Source: an uncultured Dehalococcoidia bacterium (lineage in GTDB: Bacteria > Chloroflexota > Dehalococcoidia > Lucifugimonadales > UBA826). From it: a DNA stretch of 64,000 bases. Of the stretch, positions 50,051 to 59,710 are shown one piece after another. The first letter of the stretch is position 1. Every line of letters starts with the position of its first letter. Location of the stretch: contig CAYPDR010000010.1 of NCBI GenBank assembly GCA_964409595.1, forward strand, positions 7,037 through 71,036. The letters run 5' to 3'. The translations under genes were made by a program, and so were the position numbers. The notes under the pieces were generated by a model, which made no database searches, was not told the DNA's origin, and saw only the letters and a list, made by a program, of their open reading frames with translations.

Positions 50051-50958
50051 TATTTAAACTCTAATAAGGAGAATAACTCAGGATTTATTGCTTGTAGTAA
50101 CAGTTGCACCCCCATTAATACGACGACCAACAGGAGTATCCTGAGAATCCAAACTCCCTTCACAACCTCCAGAAGACGTGCCCCTAACTGTCCTCCCATA
50201 ATCAGGCCAATTCCGCACCAAACGAATGCTGGATACCAATCAACATTTCCAAGATACCCGTGGATTACGGATCCTACGATCGAGTACACTGACAATGCGA
50301 AAATGGAGGTTGCAACGGCAATTTGGACAGGAAATCCGAAAAATGATACGAGAACAGGAGTCCTGAGAAATCCCCCACCCGTTCCAAAAAAACTGGAAAC
50401 GAATCCGAGAACCAAATTTAAACCAATAGTCAGTGGCTCGCTAAAACGGAAAAAGAATCTTTGTCCGTTTGACGTTTGAATATGTCTATCAACAACGCCG
50501 ATTTGTAGCCAAGAGGGTAAGGGAATCTTAGAACGTCCCACATCAAAATGCTGATCCGCAAATTCATTAGGATTTTCTATCTCCCTGTAGTTCGGTTTCA
50601 GCCCAATAAGAACTGCTAATAGGATAAGTAATATTCCGAAGAGCAATTTAAACAAATTCGTCGCTACCATATCTAGCATTATGGGAGCGATGATAGATCC
50701 TGGTATGGCGGCGACAGCGAAAAGTATCCCGCTCCGGGAGTCTATATAACCCGTAGCCTTATAAGCAATTGTTCCTGATACGCTGTTAACTGCTACAAGT
50801 GCGAGAGAAGTACCGGCAGCAATGGCGGGTTCGACCCCAAAAATTATCATCAAAGCGGGAGCAAGAATTATTCCGCCCCCAGCCCCTACTAATATGCCAT
50901 AAACCCCTGTACATGCACCAAGAACAAGGTAAGGTAACACCTCAATTGGAATCTGCAA
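50050..50958 (-). CDS. TauE/SafE family (sulfite exporter-like) membrane protein
   Basis: GAGGG and GTGGG repeats, AAGTSL/AVATS; TAATG overlap with tgt. Confidence 0.88.
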   Translation of the reverse strand: MQIPIEVLPYLVLGACTGVYGILVGAGGGIILAPALMIIFGVEPAIAAGTSLALVAVNSVSGTIAYKATGYIDSRSGILFAVAAIPGSIIAPIMLDMVATNLFKLLFGILLILLAVLIGLKPNYREIENPNEFADQHFDVGRSKIPLPSWLQIGVVDRHIQTSNGQRFFFRFSEPLTIGLNLVLGFVSSFFGTGGGFLRTPVLVSFFGFPVQIAVATSIFALSVYSIVGSVIHGYLGNVDWYPAFVWCGIGLIMGGQLGARLLEVVKGVWILRILLLVVVLMGVQLLLQAINPELFSLLEFK

Positions 50959-52098
50959 CTATCCAGCACCAATAATTTTATCTGACCCTATCTCTCCAAG
51001 AACAGAATCGAGAGCCTTCCGTACATTTTGTTCTGGTACTTCAGCAGATGTGACTGCGTTCCCGATCCCATTCAATAAAACCCACCGAATGGTTCCACCA
51101 GAAGTTTTCTTGTCAGATCTCATGGCCTCCAATATAGAAGTTGAGTTCAAACCATGGGCGAAAACCGGCAATCCATACGCCTTCAATACTTCCTCTTGCC
51201 TAGCAACCTCAGCATCACTCAGCATACCGAGGGATAGTCCAATCCGAGCGGCCCCCATCATACCAATGCTAACTGCCTCGCCATGAAGATATTTCGTGTA
51301 ACCCGTTATTGATTCAATAGCATGTCCGATTGTATGCCCATAATTCAATAAGATTCTTATACCAAGAAGCTCCTTCTCATCCTGCGATACGATATTAGCT
51401 TTTATAGCAACGCTCTTACGTATTATTTGGGTAGCTACTTCGGGATCGAGTTTCCTTATTTGATGTTTTCGATTCTCAAACGTTTGGAGCAACTCTTCAT
51501 CTAGTATCAGTCCGTGTTTTATAGCTTCAGCCCAGCCTGATGAAAGCTCCCTTTCTGGTAAGGTACGAAGAGTTTCTACGTCAGACAAAACAAATTTAGG
51601 CTGGTAAAAAGCACCAACCAAATTCTTGCCCTGAGGTAAATCGACGGCTACCTTTCCCCCAATAGAGGCGTCCATCATTCCAAGAAGCGTTGTGGGCACC
51701 TGGCCAAAAGGGATCCCTCTCAGATATGTGGCAGCCACAAAGCCAGCCAGGTCTCCAACTACTCCTCCACCTACAGCTAAAATCAAGTGTCCTCTCTCGG
51801 CTCTCTTATCGGCCAACCAGCTATAAACACTCTGTACTGTTCCCAGATTTTTACTAACCTCTCCCGGTGGAATTAAATATACGTGTGTTGGAATACCCGC
51901 GCGTTCCATAGATTTCCGGACAATACTGGCGTGCATCTGCACTTTCTTATCAGATATCACGTATGCAACAGGCGAGGGCAGTAAACTTCTCACCCTCTCA
52001 CCAATCTCATTGAGAATTCCCCACCCCACCCAGATGGGATGATCTCCTGAAGAAGTGGTTACTTTAGCAGCAAGGTCAGCATAGTTTATAGAACGCAC
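50959..52098 (-). CDS. aroB: 3-dehydroquinate synthase
   Basis: GGGVVGDLAGF, DASIGGK, LNYGHTIGHAIE, LHGEAV. Confidence 0.96.
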   Translation of the reverse strand: MRSINYADLAAKVTTSSGDHPIWVGWGILNEIGERVRSLLPSPVAYVISDKKVQMHASIVRKSMERAGIPTHVYLIPPGEVSKNLGTVQSVYSWLADKRAERGHLILAVGGGVVGDLAGFVAATYLRGIPFGQVPTTLLGMMDASIGGKVAVDLPQGKNLVGAFYQPKFVLSDVETLRTLPERELSSGWAEAIKHGLILDEELLQTFENRKHQIRKLDPEVATQIIRKSVAIKANIVSQDEKELLGIRILLNYGHTIGHAIESITGYTKYLHGEAVSIGMMGAARIGLSLGMLSDAEVARQEEVLKAYGLPVFAHGLNSTSILEAMRSDKKTSGGTIRWVLLNGIGNAVTSAEVPEQNVRKALDSVLGEIGSDKIIGAG

Positions 52099-52622
52099 AA
52101 ATTTAACCCTTCAATGATGGTTTTTGCCACTTCCCGTGGCTCCCTAGATTCCGTGTTTACAACCAAGTCTGCCATTTCATACGAATTAATCCTCTCTGAA
52201 AGGAGTTCCTCTATCCTTTGCAATGGCTTATCAGAGGTAAGCATTGGCCTAGCTGCTCCGCTTCCGTCTAAACCCTTTTGTTTAGTGAGGCGGCTGAGAA
52301 TCGTTTTCGGAGTCGCTGTCAACCAGACCACCTTACCACTATTTTTCATAATCTCTCTATTCTTTTTCAATGCCGGAACCCCACCACCCGTTGAGACTAT
52401 TTGACCTAAAATTAGCGCCGTACTACCAAGCAGTGCCGTCTCTATTTCCCTAAACCCTATTTCTCCTTTAACCTTAAAAACCTCTGGGATAGTCAGACGT
52501 TCGAGCTTCTCAATTTCACTGTCCATGTCAACGAAACTTTTCGCCAACAACTTGGAAAGCAATCTACCTGTAGTAGTCTTGCCTGTACCAGAGAATCCAA
52601 TTAAATAAATGTTGCAGTTCAT
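52086..52622 (-). CDS. aroK: shikimate kinase
   Basis: GFSGTGKTT, DMD, STGGG, RPML. Confidence 0.94.
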   Translation of the reverse strand: MNCNIYLIGFSGTGKTTTGRLLSKLLAKSFVDMDSEIEKLERLTIPEVFKVKGEIGFREIETALLGSTALILGQIVSTGGGVPALKKNREIMKNSGKVVWLTATPKTILSRLTKQKGLDGSGAARPMLTSDKPLQRIEELLSERINSYEMADLVVNTESREPREVAKTIIEGLNLCVL

Positions 52623-52747
52623 CGTTAAGGCATAATAATTAGGTGAGTGTACGGATTACCAGCCAATCAGCACACAGTCTACAACAAGACAAGCTAGCCA
52701 ACATAGCATTCAATAACCGGGCAACAATCTTTATAAGGAATCAGATA

Positions 52748-53458
52748 ATGCGAACAGACGGAAGAGAAAACCTCGAGCTAAGAAACGTGAATATTGAAGT
52801 CGGCCCCATGGAATTCGCCTATGGTTCAGTAATAATTTCAACAGGTAAAACTAAAGTACTTTGTTCAGCAACTGTGGAGGACCGCGTTCCAAGTTTTCTA
52901 TTAGGTTCCGGGCAGGGCTGGATCACCGCAGAATATTCTATGCTCCCAGGATCGACATCCCCCCGCACTTCTCGAGATAATCGCAGCAGGGGAAGATCTC
53001 AGGAAATACAACGATTGATCGGACGTTCTCTCCGAGCGGGTACCGATTTAACTAAGCTGGGAGAAAGGACTATTACGATTGACTGTGATGTTCTCCAGGC
53101 CGATGGTGGCACACGAACCGCAGCCATTACAGGAGGGTATGTAGCTTTAAGGATAGCGGTTTTACGCCTAGTAGACCGGGGACTCCTCAGCAACGACTCA
53201 CTTCCCGTAAACGTTGCGGCCACCAGCGTGGGCATTTTTGAAGACGAAGTTCTTCTAGATTTGTGTTACGAGGAAGACGCATCTGCTGATGCCGACTTTA
53301 ACATCGTGATGGCCGGAGATGGAACGATTATCGAGATCCAGGGAGGAGCCGAAAAGAACAGATTCCGAAGGGCGACGGTTGAAAAGGTTCTAGACGCTGC
53401 CTTGTTGGGAATTGATGAACTAATCAAGACCCAAGATATTCTTCTCTCCAACTTATAA
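52748..53458 (+). CDS. rph: ribonuclease PH
   Basis: MRTDGR, AEYSMLPGST, EIQRLIGRSLR, DGGTRTAAITG. Confidence 0.96.
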   Translation: MRTDGRENLELRNVNIEVGPMEFAYGSVIISTGKTKVLCSATVEDRVPSFLLGSGQGWITAEYSMLPGSTSPRTSRDNRSRGRSQEIQRLIGRSLRAGTDLTKLGERTITIDCDVLQADGGTRTAAITGGYVALRIAVLRLVDRGLLSNDSLPVNVAATSVGIFEDEVLLDLCYEEDASADADFNIVMAGDGTIIEIQGGAEKNRFRRATVEKVLDAALLGIDELIKTQDILLSNL

Positions 53459-53575
53459 GGCATGTCACAGTTGAAAACCAATACTATTTAATTTTCCCGT
53501 GAATAAACCTGTGTATTTCGAGCGCAATACAAGGAACCCTTAGAAGTCAACATGGAATCATGAACGAGGCCGTAA

Positions 53576-54085
53576 ATGGGTAAAATCGTCGGTTACGGAA
53601 TTGCATTACTATTGGCCACTTTAATAGTAATTAGCTTTGCACTGACCTACTTGAAGAGCGACACAAAAATGGAGGAAGGAAGTCCGGAGCGAACTGTACA
53701 ACTTTACATATCATACTTATCAGATGACAGGTTTACAGATGCGTATGACCTACTTGACAGAAATCTACATACACAATGCGATATAGGGGAGTTTACTGCA
53801 GCACTGACATGGACGAAAAATTACTTTGAAGGCGCCTCGGCTAAATTGAAAAACAAAAAACAATTTGACAATATCTCTATTGTGGTTATTGAAATGACAT
53901 CCGTGGAGACCAACATCCCTTTTGGGTTAGAGGAACGTTCCACAGAGGTCACCTTCACTCTCTCACTGGAAGAGAAATGGAAAATCACTGAGGCGGGGTT
54001 CGACATGAACTGCACTGGCAAAAAGTCTTTGAACTTCTTAACCCTGCTTCCTTATGTAAGCTTACATTTCGACAGAGGCATATAA
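53576..54085 (+). CDS. membrane-anchored hypothetical protein (possible NTF2-like ectodomain)
   Basis: N-terminal hydrophobic anchor; SPERTVQLYISYL...AYDLL pattern. Confidence 0.7.
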   Translation: MGKIVGYGIALLLATLIVISFALTYLKSDTKMEEGSPERTVQLYISYLSDDRFTDAYDLLDRNLHTQCDIGEFTAALTWTKNYFEGASAKLKNKKQFDNISIVVIEMTSVETNIPFGLEERSTEVTFTLSLEEKWKITEAGFDMNCTGKKSLNFLTLLPYVSLHFDRGI

Positions 54086-54087
54086 CC

Positions 54088-55869
54088 ATGTTTGAAATAT
54101 TAGGACTTATTCCTTTCCTACTGATACTAGCAGCCTTGTCGACGGCGATTTATCTAATTTTTTCCAAAAAAGAAATAGGTTCGCAAGAATCTCCAAGCAA
54201 AGTAATCAGAAGACTTTATTTCTACAGCGTCACTTTAGTCGGCCTGCTGATGACCACTGGAGGGACGGTCCAAATTATTCAATTCATTTTAGAAGGTATT
54301 GTATCGAATAACGTTATTCAACAGAGTCCCGAAAAAGTGGCTAGTGGTGTGGCTCTCATAGTTGTCGGAGCGCCCTTGTGGGGATTCCACTGGCACCTCA
54401 TAAATCGCAATGTCACCAAAAATATAACCGAACGCGCTTCTGGCATCAGAATGGTATTTATCTATTCCATACTTTTTCTCAGTTTGGCTGTTTCCACCAA
54501 CGCAGTTTACGAAATTCTCCAAACCATTTTCGGGTACAAAGATAGTGCGTACTATCAAATTGCGGTATTGATCCCTTCTCTTGGAATCTGGTGGTTTCAT
54601 TGGAGGATTAACTCAAGAAAAGAGTCTAGTTCATATGCAGGCACCCTATTGAAAAGGATGTATCTTTACTCTGCAAGTGGAATAGGGCTGATCCTTATGG
54701 CGACAGGTGCGGTCGGAATCATCAACACCTTACTTCAAACAAGCTACGACTCAGCAACGGAAGTTCCCTTAATTCTAGGACCGAATGGCAGCGAATGGGT
54801 GGATACTGTAAAAAAACCGTTGTCTCCTCTTCTAACCGGATTATTAATTTGGTCCACTCATTGGCTCATACTTGCTAGAACCGACTCTCATAACCGTATC
54901 AAATCAGCATTTCTATACTTAACATCGATCCCTGTAGGTGGCCTAATCTCCATGTTGTCAGGTGCGATTTTGATCAACGCCATAATTGGGACTACTCTGG
55001 GAATGTATGATGGCGAATCTCCTCCATTTATGGCCATTAGTTCGATTTTGATAGGGGTCCTGATCATCTTTTACCACTGGAGAGTAATCCGTCTTCAATC
55101 CCGAAATGTTGATGAGAGAGAGCATTTTCTTCCTCATCAAGTTTTTACTAATGGGTTTTCATTCTTAGGAATCCTTTTTGCTAGTCCTGGAATCGCGATT
55201 TTAGTGTATTCAATTCTCACATTCTTCTTGGAAAATCCTGGTGAAATACTCAACTCACATGCTGCGGGTTTACGTGAACCAATCGTAACGGGTCTAACAG
55301 GGTTAATATTGGGAGGCTCAGTTTGGATTTTTTGTCAAAGGAAACTTGTACACATTAAGTCGGAAGCTGCGGCAAACACCAACACAGTCGCTAGGATCTA
55401 CTACCTTGCAGTAGTCGGAATCGGGCTAATTGTAGTAGCCGGGGCATTATCAGTTTTAATTTTCTTAATTCTCACCCACATACTTGCAGCAAGAATTGGT
55501 TATGAAACACTCCAATCGATCCGAATTCCTTTATCTCTCATAGCTGCATTTCTGGTCATAGTACCGTATCACTGGCTAGAAAATAGGAAGATTCCTTCGG
55601 ATGGATACCCAGATAGCGAAGACCAAGCGTCGGTTCAGAAAGTAGTAACCATCATCGCGCCTCCGAATAGCGAATTCTTTTTGGCACAACTGGAGGAAGA
55701 CTTGGGATATTCGGTGCACGTAAGGCGATGGGCTGACCTAGGAGCATCCAAAAACACATTTGATATTGAAACTACGCAAAGCATCGTCTCAGCGATCCAA
55801 ACATCACCAGGCGGTAATGTGATAGTTCTTCCTGAGCAAGCTGGCACGAAAATTTATTCTTATGACTAA
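54088..55869 (+). CDS. DUF5671-like repeat multi-pass membrane protein
   Basis: About six helical-hairpin repeats (R-x-Y-x-Y ... W-x-x-HW) plus a soluble C-terminal domain. Confidence 0.75.
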   Translation: MFEILGLIPFLLILAALSTAIYLIFSKKEIGSQESPSKVIRRLYFYSVTLVGLLMTTGGTVQIIQFILEGIVSNNVIQQSPEKVASGVALIVVGAPLWGFHWHLINRNVTKNITERASGIRMVFIYSILFLSLAVSTNAVYEILQTIFGYKDSAYYQIAVLIPSLGIWWFHWRINSRKESSSYAGTLLKRMYLYSASGIGLILMATGAVGIINTLLQTSYDSATEVPLILGPNGSEWVDTVKKPLSPLLTGLLIWSTHWLILARTDSHNRIKSAFLYLTSIPVGGLISMLSGAILINAIIGTTLGMYDGESPPFMAISSILIGVLIIFYHWRVIRLQSRNVDEREHFLPHQVFTNGFSFLGILFASPGIAILVYSILTFFLENPGEILNSHAAGLREPIVTGLTGLILGGSVWIFCQRKLVHIKSEAAANTNTVARIYYLAVVGIGLIVVAGALSVLIFLILTHILAARIGYETLQSIRIPLSLIAAFLVIVPYHWLENRKIPSDGYPDSEDQASVQKVVTIIAPPNSEFFLAQLEEDLGYSVHVRRWADLGASKNTFDIETTQSIVSAIQTSPGGNVIVLPEQAGTKIYSYD

Positions 55870-55915
55870 CACTTAAAAGAAAGAAGAATTGCAGAGTTAA
55901 TAGGGAGGACTAACA

Positions 55916-56778
55916 ATGGCAACAATTTACGTCCTGGGCGCCGGAACGCCGACCCCAACTCCTAGTAGATTCGGTTCAGCCTTCGCAATCAAAATAGGCA
56001 ACGACCAGATCATGATAGACTGCGGCCCATCAGCAACTCACAAACTTGTGAAGTCTGGCCTGTGGCCGACCAATATCAACCACCTATTTTTCACTCATCA
56101 CCACTTTGATCACGATATTGACTACCCTTGCTTCCTACTTTGCCGATGGGACCAAAGCACAGGAGACGAAAAAGTCCTGAAGGTCTTCGGCCCCACTCTT
56201 ACAGAAAAAATCGCCAAAGGTATATTGGACAAAAATGAAGGTGTTTTCGCCCATGACTGGATTGCCCGTATAAACCACCCTCTAAGTCAGAAGATTCATG
56301 TGAATAGAGGTGGGACTTTGCCGAGGAAACCCCCAAAAGTGGAAGCAAGAGACGTGGGTCCCGGTAAAATACTATCCACGAGCGATTGGGAAGTTATTGC
56401 AGCATCTGCCGAACATGTACAACCTTATCTGGACTCGCTGGCATACAGGTTTAATACTAGGGCCGGAAGCTTCGTCTTTACTGGAGATACACAACCTTAC
56501 GAATCCGTCACCAAATTATCGAAAGGAGCGGATATGATGCTCTGCATGTGCTGGGATGATCAACGGGTCATGGAAGATGCGGGGGAATCACAAGGGCAAT
56601 GCGGAACGGCTGGTGCAGAGCGTATGGCAGAGGAATCAGGCGTGAAAAATGGGTGTTAGTACACATAGGTCCTCATCTTTCACACCGTGACATCCGGTAT
56701 AAATCTATGGAAGAGATAAGTAATATCTACAGAGGGGAAGTTGTATTCGCAGAGGAATTAATGAAACTTGAACTATGA
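55916..56778 (+). pseudogene. MBL-fold (RNase Z-like) hydrolase, frameshifted near the C-terminus
   Basis: THHHFDHD motif; ORF stops at 56659 but the shifted frame continues VLVHIGPHLS...VVFAEELMKLEL* to 56778. Confidence 0.7.
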
Positions 56779-57405
56779 CTCCTTGCAGTCGCCATCAACA
56801 TGTAGTTCATTCTCAAAATCACGTGCCCACTCGGTTTTGGTCACTTCCATAAGCAGGAAGTCTTGCCCACCTCTCCTAACCGATCTAACTTCAGTGAAGC
56901 CCGCCTTAGAAAATGCTGCTTGGGCCCGATAATTCCAGGCGAGCGTATGCAAATACACCCGACCTAAGCCAATATCGAAGAAGAGGTGTTGGAGAAGTGT
57001 CTTAACTATATCTGTCCCATATCCCCGACTCCAATACTCTTTGTTACCAATCATAATTCCAAGTTCAGCTTCCCCATTACCCATATTAAGATCGTAGTAC
57101 ATAACATTTCCGATATGTATTCCATCCAAAGTATCAACCGCCAACCTTTTCGACCGATAACTTGGAAATTGCATCTCCTCCTTGGCGTAACGGAAAAAGT
57201 CGTCATACTCCATAGAGAGTGGACGGGTCGCATCTAGGCGCGACAACTCATCGTCTATTCGCCAAGAATATTCATCAGGAATATCTTGTACCCGTTTCTC
57301 CCGTATTCTCACCAAAGCCCCAGTGACATCAACTTGGGGAAGTTCCTTCTGGTCGTTTTTTGACCATGGAAATGCCTTTCTGAACAATCTCAACCTCGTT
57401 TCCAA
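56773..57405 (-). CDS. GNAT (RimJ/RimL-like) N-acetyltransferase
   Basis: GIMIGNKEYWSRGYG, NYRAQAAFSKAGF. Confidence 0.88.
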   Translation of the reverse strand: METRLRLFRKAFPWSKNDQKELPQVDVTGALVRIREKRVQDIPDEYSWRIDDELSRLDATRPLSMEYDDFFRYAKEEMQFPSYRSKRLAVDTLDGIHIGNVMYYDLNMGNGEAELGIMIGNKEYWSRGYGTDIVKTLLQHLFFDIGLGRVYLHTLAWNYRAQAAFSKAGFTEVRSVRRGGQDFLLMEVTKTEWARDFENELHVDGDCKES

Positions 57406-57796
57406 AGCTCAATATTGAGGGTATTTCTTCACCGCCCACCCACCTAACAGTATCAAATTCCGAATCATGAAGCGAAAAGTCACCACCTACGGCGTCCATT
57501 AAATAGTAAAAGACCGTTTTTGTGACAGTATGCCCATTGTTATATGGCAAAAACTCATATCGTATCGAGCCAACGTAATCTTCTAGCACGACCTCTAACC
57601 CAGTTTCTTCCTGGACCTCCCGGAGAGCGGTTTGATCGATCGTCTCACCTTTGTTCGGGGTTCCTTTCGGCAGGTTAAAAGACTGCGGATCCTCTCTACC
57701 GCATACTACTACTTGAACATTTCCGGATTTTTGTCGATAGACGATCCCACCGGCTGACACTAATTCTTGCCCACTATTGGAAACAGATTTACCCAC
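57329..57796 (-). CDS. NUDIX hydrolase
   Basis: LPKG..NKGETIDQTALREVQEETG Nudix box. Confidence 0.92.
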   Translation of the reverse strand: MGKSVSNSGQELVSAGGIVYRQKSGNVQVVVCGREDPQSFNLPKGTPNKGETIDQTALREVQEETGLEVVLEDYVGSIRYEFLPYNNGHTVTKTVFYYLMDAVGGDFSLHDSEFDTVRWVGGEEIPSILSFGNEVEIVQKGISMVKKRPEGTSPS

Positions 57797-57924
57797 AAAA
57801 CCGTCCTTGATAAATTCCCTGAGAGTTCTCTAATTTCGCAACATTTTATGAAGGTGTAATAGATGAGTCAAAGTGTCACATACATCGGGTGTCGACCAAA
57901 CGTATAATACTCGGCCCACTCTCC

Positions 57925-57954
57925 TTGAACTTGGGTGATGGTGCGGTGTATCAT
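57925..57954 (+). promoter_or_regulatory. putative pyr operon promoter
   Basis: TTGAAC-N18-TATCAT about 25 nt upstream of the PyrR loop. Confidence 0.4.
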
Positions 57955-57980
57955 TGGCTCGGATAGTTTCGATCTTGGCG

Positions 57981-58013
57981 CCCTTTAAGTCGGTCCAGAG
58001 AGTCTGATAAGGG
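57981..58013 (+). promoter_or_regulatory. PyrR-binding stem-loop (anti-antiterminator)
   Basis: CCCTT-TAA-GTCGG-TCCAGAGAG-TCTGAT-AAGGG: outer CCCTT/AAGGG stem, UUUAA bulge and GUCCAGAGAG resembling the PyrR consensus; upstream of pyrR. Confidence 0.85.
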
Positions 58014-58060
58014 AGCAGCAACGGTAGGGGTCTATAGAAGATCCATCAATGCCGATTGTG

Positions 58061-58093
58061 CCTCCTTGCAGCAAAAGCAGGAGGTTTTTTTTT
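58061..58093 (+). terminator. intrinsic attenuator terminator of the pyr leader
   Basis: CCTCC(T)TGC-AGCAAAA-GCAGGAGG followed by T9. Confidence 0.85.
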
Positions 58094-58152
58094 GCCAATA
58101 TTTCTTACCTATAATGATCTGCAATTCTTTTTTGGCATGAAAAACACAATAG

Positions 58153-58692
58153 ATGACTGAGAAACTTATTCAATCTGCAGGTCAGATGAAACGGGCGTTG
58201 ACCCGTATCTCGCATGAGATTCTCGAAAGGAACAGGGGCGTAAACAATGTGGTTCTAGTCGGGATGCATTCTCGCGGGGTTCCCCTCGCCCAAAGAATCA
58301 GCGACTCAATCCTGGGGTTTGAAGGTCAAGGCGTGGAGGTAGGAAGCCTAGACATCGGTCTTTACCGGGACGACATCTCTGAGAAAGGCAGTCCTCGCAT
58401 GAGACCAACGAATATCCCAGTAAACATAAATGGCAAACGGGTGATATTGGTTGATGATGTGCTATACACTGGGCGATCAATTAGAGCTGCAATGGATGCG
58501 TTAAATGACCTGGGCAGACCTGGCCAAATTCAACTAGCTGTCCTTGTTGACAGGGGTCATAGGGAGTTACCAATTAGAGCAGACTATGTAGGTAAAAATG
58601 TTCCTACCGCGAGGCATGAAGACGTGAAAGTTAAGCTAGAGGAAACAGATGGTGTAGACGAAATCATAATCATGGATAAAAAGGAATCCTAA
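58153..58692 (+). CDS. pyrR: pyrimidine operon regulator / UPRTase
   Basis: [46 protein letters not shown]. Confidence 0.97.
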   Translation: MTEKLIQSAGQMKRALTRISHEILERNRGVNNVVLVGMHSRGVPLAQRISDSILGFEGQGVEVGSLDIGLYRDDISEKGSPRMRPTNIPVNINGKRVILVDDVLYTGRSIRAAMDALNDLGRPGQIQLAVLVDRGHRELPIRADYVGKNVPTARHEDVKVKLEETDGVDEIIIMDKKES

Positions 58693-58696
58693 CACC

Positions 58697-59707
58697 ATGA
58701 CTCAGGAACTCAGAAACAATCATCTCCATAATTTTCAACACGTTTTAGATCTCGACAGCTTCACTAGGGATGACATTAACTTGGTCCTAGACAATACAAC
58801 GGCTATGGAGGAAATTTTAACTAGAGATATTAAGAAAGTCCCTGTTCTTAGAGGCAAAACCGTTGTAACCCTTTTTTACGAACCGAGTACCCGAACTAGA
58901 GTTTCATTTGAACAAGCTGGCAAGATTCTTAGTGCAGACGTCATTAATGTGTCAAGTAGTGGCAGCAGCACCAACAAAGGTGAATCACTTTACAACACAG
59001 CTCTCACTATCCAAGCTCTTAAAGCAGACATAATAGTGGTTAGGCACCCACATTCCGGAGCTCCTCATTTCATTGCAAGCCAACTGGGATCTTGTGTCAT
59101 CAATGCGGGTGATGGCACCCATGCTCATCCCACTCAAGGATTGCTAGATCTCTACACAATAAAAAAACGATTCGGCAGCATAGACGGAAAAAAAGTAACT
59201 ATAGTAGGTGACCTTTTATATTCACGAGTAGCACGATCAAACCTTTGGGGACTAACGAAAATGGGAGCGAAGGTTGTCTTATGCGGACCGAGAACACTTA
59301 TACCCAACGATTTCTTAAATGGTGGCAAAAAAGAAGAAGGCCACCCTTTCGCCAATGTCGAGATCGAAACCAATATAGATAGGGCCCTAAAAGACGCCGA
59401 CGTAGTTATGGCTCTTAGGCTTCAGCTGGAACGCCAACATGCTGGTCATTTACCCTCGCTACGTGAGTATTCACAGACCTATGGAATAAACTCACGTCGG
59501 CTCAGCTTGGCCAAGGAAAATGCGTTAGTCATGCACCCCGGTCCGATGAATGAGGGTATAGAAATAGAAACTGATGTCGCACACGGCGCACAATCTGTGA
59601 TCGAAGAACAGGTCACCAGTGGAGTTGCAGTACGAATGGCGCTTCTATATTCACTAGCAACTGGTCCCGGTCACGAATCGGAGTCAAAAGAAGATTCCAA
59701 GAGGTAA
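58697..59707 (+). CDS. pyrB: aspartate carbamoyltransferase catalytic subunit
   Basis: FYEPSTRTR, HPTQGLLD, MHPGPMN. Confidence 0.97.
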   Translation: MTQELRNNHLHNFQHVLDLDSFTRDDINLVLDNTTAMEEILTRDIKKVPVLRGKTVVTLFYEPSTRTRVSFEQAGKILSADVINVSSSGSSTNKGESLYNTALTIQALKADIIVVRHPHSGAPHFIASQLGSCVINAGDGTHAHPTQGLLDLYTIKKRFGSIDGKKVTIVGDLLYSRVARSNLWGLTKMGAKVVLCGPRTLIPNDFLNGGKKEEGHPFANVEIETNIDRALKDADVVMALRLQLERQHAGHLPSLREYSQTYGINSRRLSLAKENALVMHPGPMNEGIEIETDVAHGAQSVIEEQVTSGVAVRMALLYSLATGPGHESESKEDSKR

Positions 59708-59710
59708 ACA

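Noticed and set aside
30290-50840. tRNA-like GTTCGA motifs (about 30302 and 50828)
   Set aside because: Both lie inside coding sequences (uvrA, TauE) with no cloverleaf context.
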